DNA of 64,000 nucleotides from Candidatus Moraniibacteriota bacterium (GTDB lineage Bacteria > Patescibacteriota > Minisyncoccia > Moranbacterales > GCA-2747515): the NCBI GenBank assembly GCA_040772365.1, contig JAXGYI010000001.1, positions 5,416-69,415 of the forward strand, written 5' to 3'. Below are positions 62,162 to 64,000 of the stretch, piece after piece; positions within the stretch are counted from its first letter, which is position 1; each line of letters begins with the position of its first letter. A program made the translations under genes and the position numbers. Below the pieces are notes generated by a model. It was not told the origin of the DNA. It did not search any database and saw only the letters and a list, made by a program, of their open reading frames with translations.

Positions 62162-63286
62162 TTAGAATTGGTCACACGGTGGTGCGATCTCACCGCTGCC
62201 ATTATTGGCAAAGGTGAGGTCTGATGTGGTGATGACGGATGCAAAAAATGGTCGTGGTGTACGCGGAAATTTGGCATGACGTGCACAGCGGATACCATAG
62301 GTGGCATTATTGGTGATGGTGAGATTGTTGAGCGTTACCTTGCCTGTGCCAACAGATGTGAGGAATGCCAAGCCATTTTTTCCATTTTCGGAAAATGTGC
62401 TGTTTTCTACGGTGAGATCTGTGTCATAAATTTCTGTCTCCAAGCCACTTTCGCCATTGTTGCGCGCTATGGTGTTTGTGACGACAGTCTTGGTATGCGG
62501 ATGGAGATCAATACCTTCTTCACCGTTTTTTTCTACAAGACATGCATGTATTTTGACGATGCCGTCGCGTAAATAGAGGCCTTGTTTGGCATTGTGGACG
62601 ATGTGACTCTGTGTGATGGTGAGGGATGTAGCGTGATCTTGTGGAATGATATTGATCATGGACGCATCACGATCGTGTGGTTGAAATACGTCATACCGTT
62701 CTGCCTCGTGGTTGTTTTCTGTGTCTTGTGCACGGTCTTTTTTGCTGCCCATGAGCACGCCGTATTCCAATGCACTGGAAATGACGGCGCGGGTGATGTG
62801 CGTGTGCGTGCCATAGGGTATGACCACTGCGTCACGTCCGCCTTTTATATGAACATTGATAACGGCGGTATTGTGCGCTGTTGTGAGGGGGAAGCGCAGA
62901 AGCGCTGGATCGTCGGTGATGGTAACGGATGGCATACCATCTTCTGTGACGCCGACGCCATACAGGACAATACCGTCTTGCAGTGTCACACATTCTTTAT
63001 AGAGGCCCGGCGCTACGATGATCGTTGTGGGTCCATGTGCCGCTGCAACGGCGTCGGAGATTGTGTGGAAAGGATTGTGTAGAGAGCCAGTTTTTTCGTC
63101 GTAAGGGGGCGGCATGGAGCTTATGGGATCGTTGCGGTCAACAAACAGGACGCCTGGTGTGGGTTGTGCCAACAGACGCGGCGTGTAGCGCATGTCAACA
63201 AACACCATGAAGCCAAAACCGCACGTGGCGCCAATGATGAGGTACAGTGTGATACGCGCCAAAAACCATATGCGTGTGGAGGCCAT
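62162..63286 (-). CDS. Membrane-anchored right-handed parallel beta-helix (pectate-lyase-fold) protein
   Basis: N-terminal TM; repeated NxxxG/beta-helix-like segments (TVENSTFSENGKNGLAF, NNLTITNNATYGIRCA). Confidence 0.5.
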   Translation of the reverse strand: MASTRIWFLARITLYLIIGATCGFGFMVFVDMRYTPRLLAQPTPGVLFVDRNDPISSMPPPYDEKTGSLHNPFHTISDAVAAAHGPTTIIVAPGLYKECVTLQDGIVLYGVGVTEDGMPSVTITDDPALLRFPLTTAHNTAVINVHIKGGRDAVVIPYGTHTHITRAVISSALEYGVLMGSKKDRAQDTENNHEAERYDVFQPHDRDASMINIIPQDHATSLTITQSHIVHNAKQGLYLRDGIVKIHACLVEKNGEEGIDLHPHTKTVVTNTIARNNGESGLETEIYDTDLTVENSTFSENGKNGLAFLTSVGTGKVTLNNLTITNNATYGIRCARHAKFPRTPRPFFASVITTSDLTFANNGSGEIAPPCDQF

Positions 63287-63490
63287 AGAGTGCTGTTGTT
63301 ATAAGTTTCACACATACACTATACATACACAATGGGTTTTTGTCACGGTGTCTTTGGTATAAATACAGACGTGCCATGCTGTATGCAGGACATCTGTACA
63401 TGCGATGCGGTGTGTCATGCTGCACGTGCTTTTACAACTCTATCATGACTTACAGAAATCTCTTGCAAAAATCCTCTTTTCATAGTAGGA

Positions 63491-63844
63491 TTGCCGTGTA
63501 TGAACTTTTCACGAGAACACGACAAGATTATTCCGCAGAAGTGTCCTGTGTGTGGCGCGGGACGCGATGTGTTATCGTACGTGCCAATTGGACATGATGG
63601 GGATAAGACAGTTGTGCACATCACGTGTGCAAAGTGTGCTGGTGCAGCAATGGTGCTGGTATCACATAGCGATATGGGCGTGATGACAGTTGGTGTGCTG
63701 ACAGATACGACGGCTCATGAGGCGCGAAAGTTTCTTAATGAAAAAATTGTATCGGATAATGATGTGATCGCCGTGCATCAGTACCTGAATCATTATGACG
63801 GCGCAATGAGTGAAATGTTTAATGCATCAGCGACAAATCGTTAG
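63491..63844 (+). CDS. Hypothetical zinc-ribbon protein (CPVCG...CAKC)
   Basis: ORF with two Cys pairs. Confidence 0.4.
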   Translation: MPCMNFSREHDKIIPQKCPVCGAGRDVLSYVPIGHDGDKTVVHITCAKCAGAAMVLVSHSDMGVMTVGVLTDTTAHEARKFLNEKIVSDNDVIAVHQYLNHYDGAMSEMFNASATNR

Positions 63845-63872
63845 TATAGTTAGTAATTTGTGATGAGAGCTA

Positions 63873-64000
63873 TGGAAAAAATTGTATTAAAGGTAAAAAA
63901 ACGCAGTGAAACAGGCAAGGCAGCGCGACGGGCTGCTAACGGACGTATTCCTGCCGTTCTCTACGGCAATAATGTGTCTACGCAAAATATTTGGGTAGAT
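63873..64000 (+). CDS. rplY: 50S ribosomal protein L25 / general stress protein Ctc, N-terminal fragment (runs off the window)
   Basis: MEKIVLKVKKRSETGKAARRAANGRIPAVLYGNNVSTQNIWV matches the L25 N-terminus. Confidence 0.7.

Overview
This 64 kb window looks like chromosomal DNA from a small-genome bacterium, possibly a CPR/Saccharibacteria-like lineage. The guess rests on about 45% GC, Gram-positive-type T4SS genes (PrgI), several tRNAs without an encoded CCA, and many cell-wall or surface hydrolases. Most of the window is housekeeping. Protein-coding housekeeping genes I can name: rluD, rplS, rpsO, pnp, rbfA, nrnA, ung-type UDG, nrdD/nrdG, ldh, ftsH, tilS, gmk, rpsA-like, lspA, comM/yifB, rsmA, pcrA/uvrD, xerC/D, gyrA, fba, tgt, pgeF, and a partial rplY. 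There are 9 tRNA genes, all on the minus strand. The start of the window holds a T4SS-like cluster: a partial VirB4-like N-terminus, PrgI, an unknown 466-aa protein and a TrbL/VirB6-like membrane protein. Non-routine observations worth a second look: (1) a low-GC 4-gene island at 57.6-61.3 kb (EcoRI-methylase-like N6A MTase, two unknown proteins, DUF262(ParB-like)+HNH nuclease), likely a horizontally acquired defence/restriction module of undescribed architecture; (2) a 1.7 kb non-coding region upstream of nrdD carrying seven dispersed copies of the 16-bp palindrome TGTTCCACGTGGAACA; (3) nrdD split so that the glycyl-radical domain is a separate 63-aa ORF; (4) two DnaA-box clusters with AT-rich stretches (candidate oriC or DnaA-regulated sites); (5) a tiny self-contained transcription unit encoding a Cys-rich, tail-anchored micro-protein. 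All calls rest on reading the sequence and on motif recall only; no searches were run.
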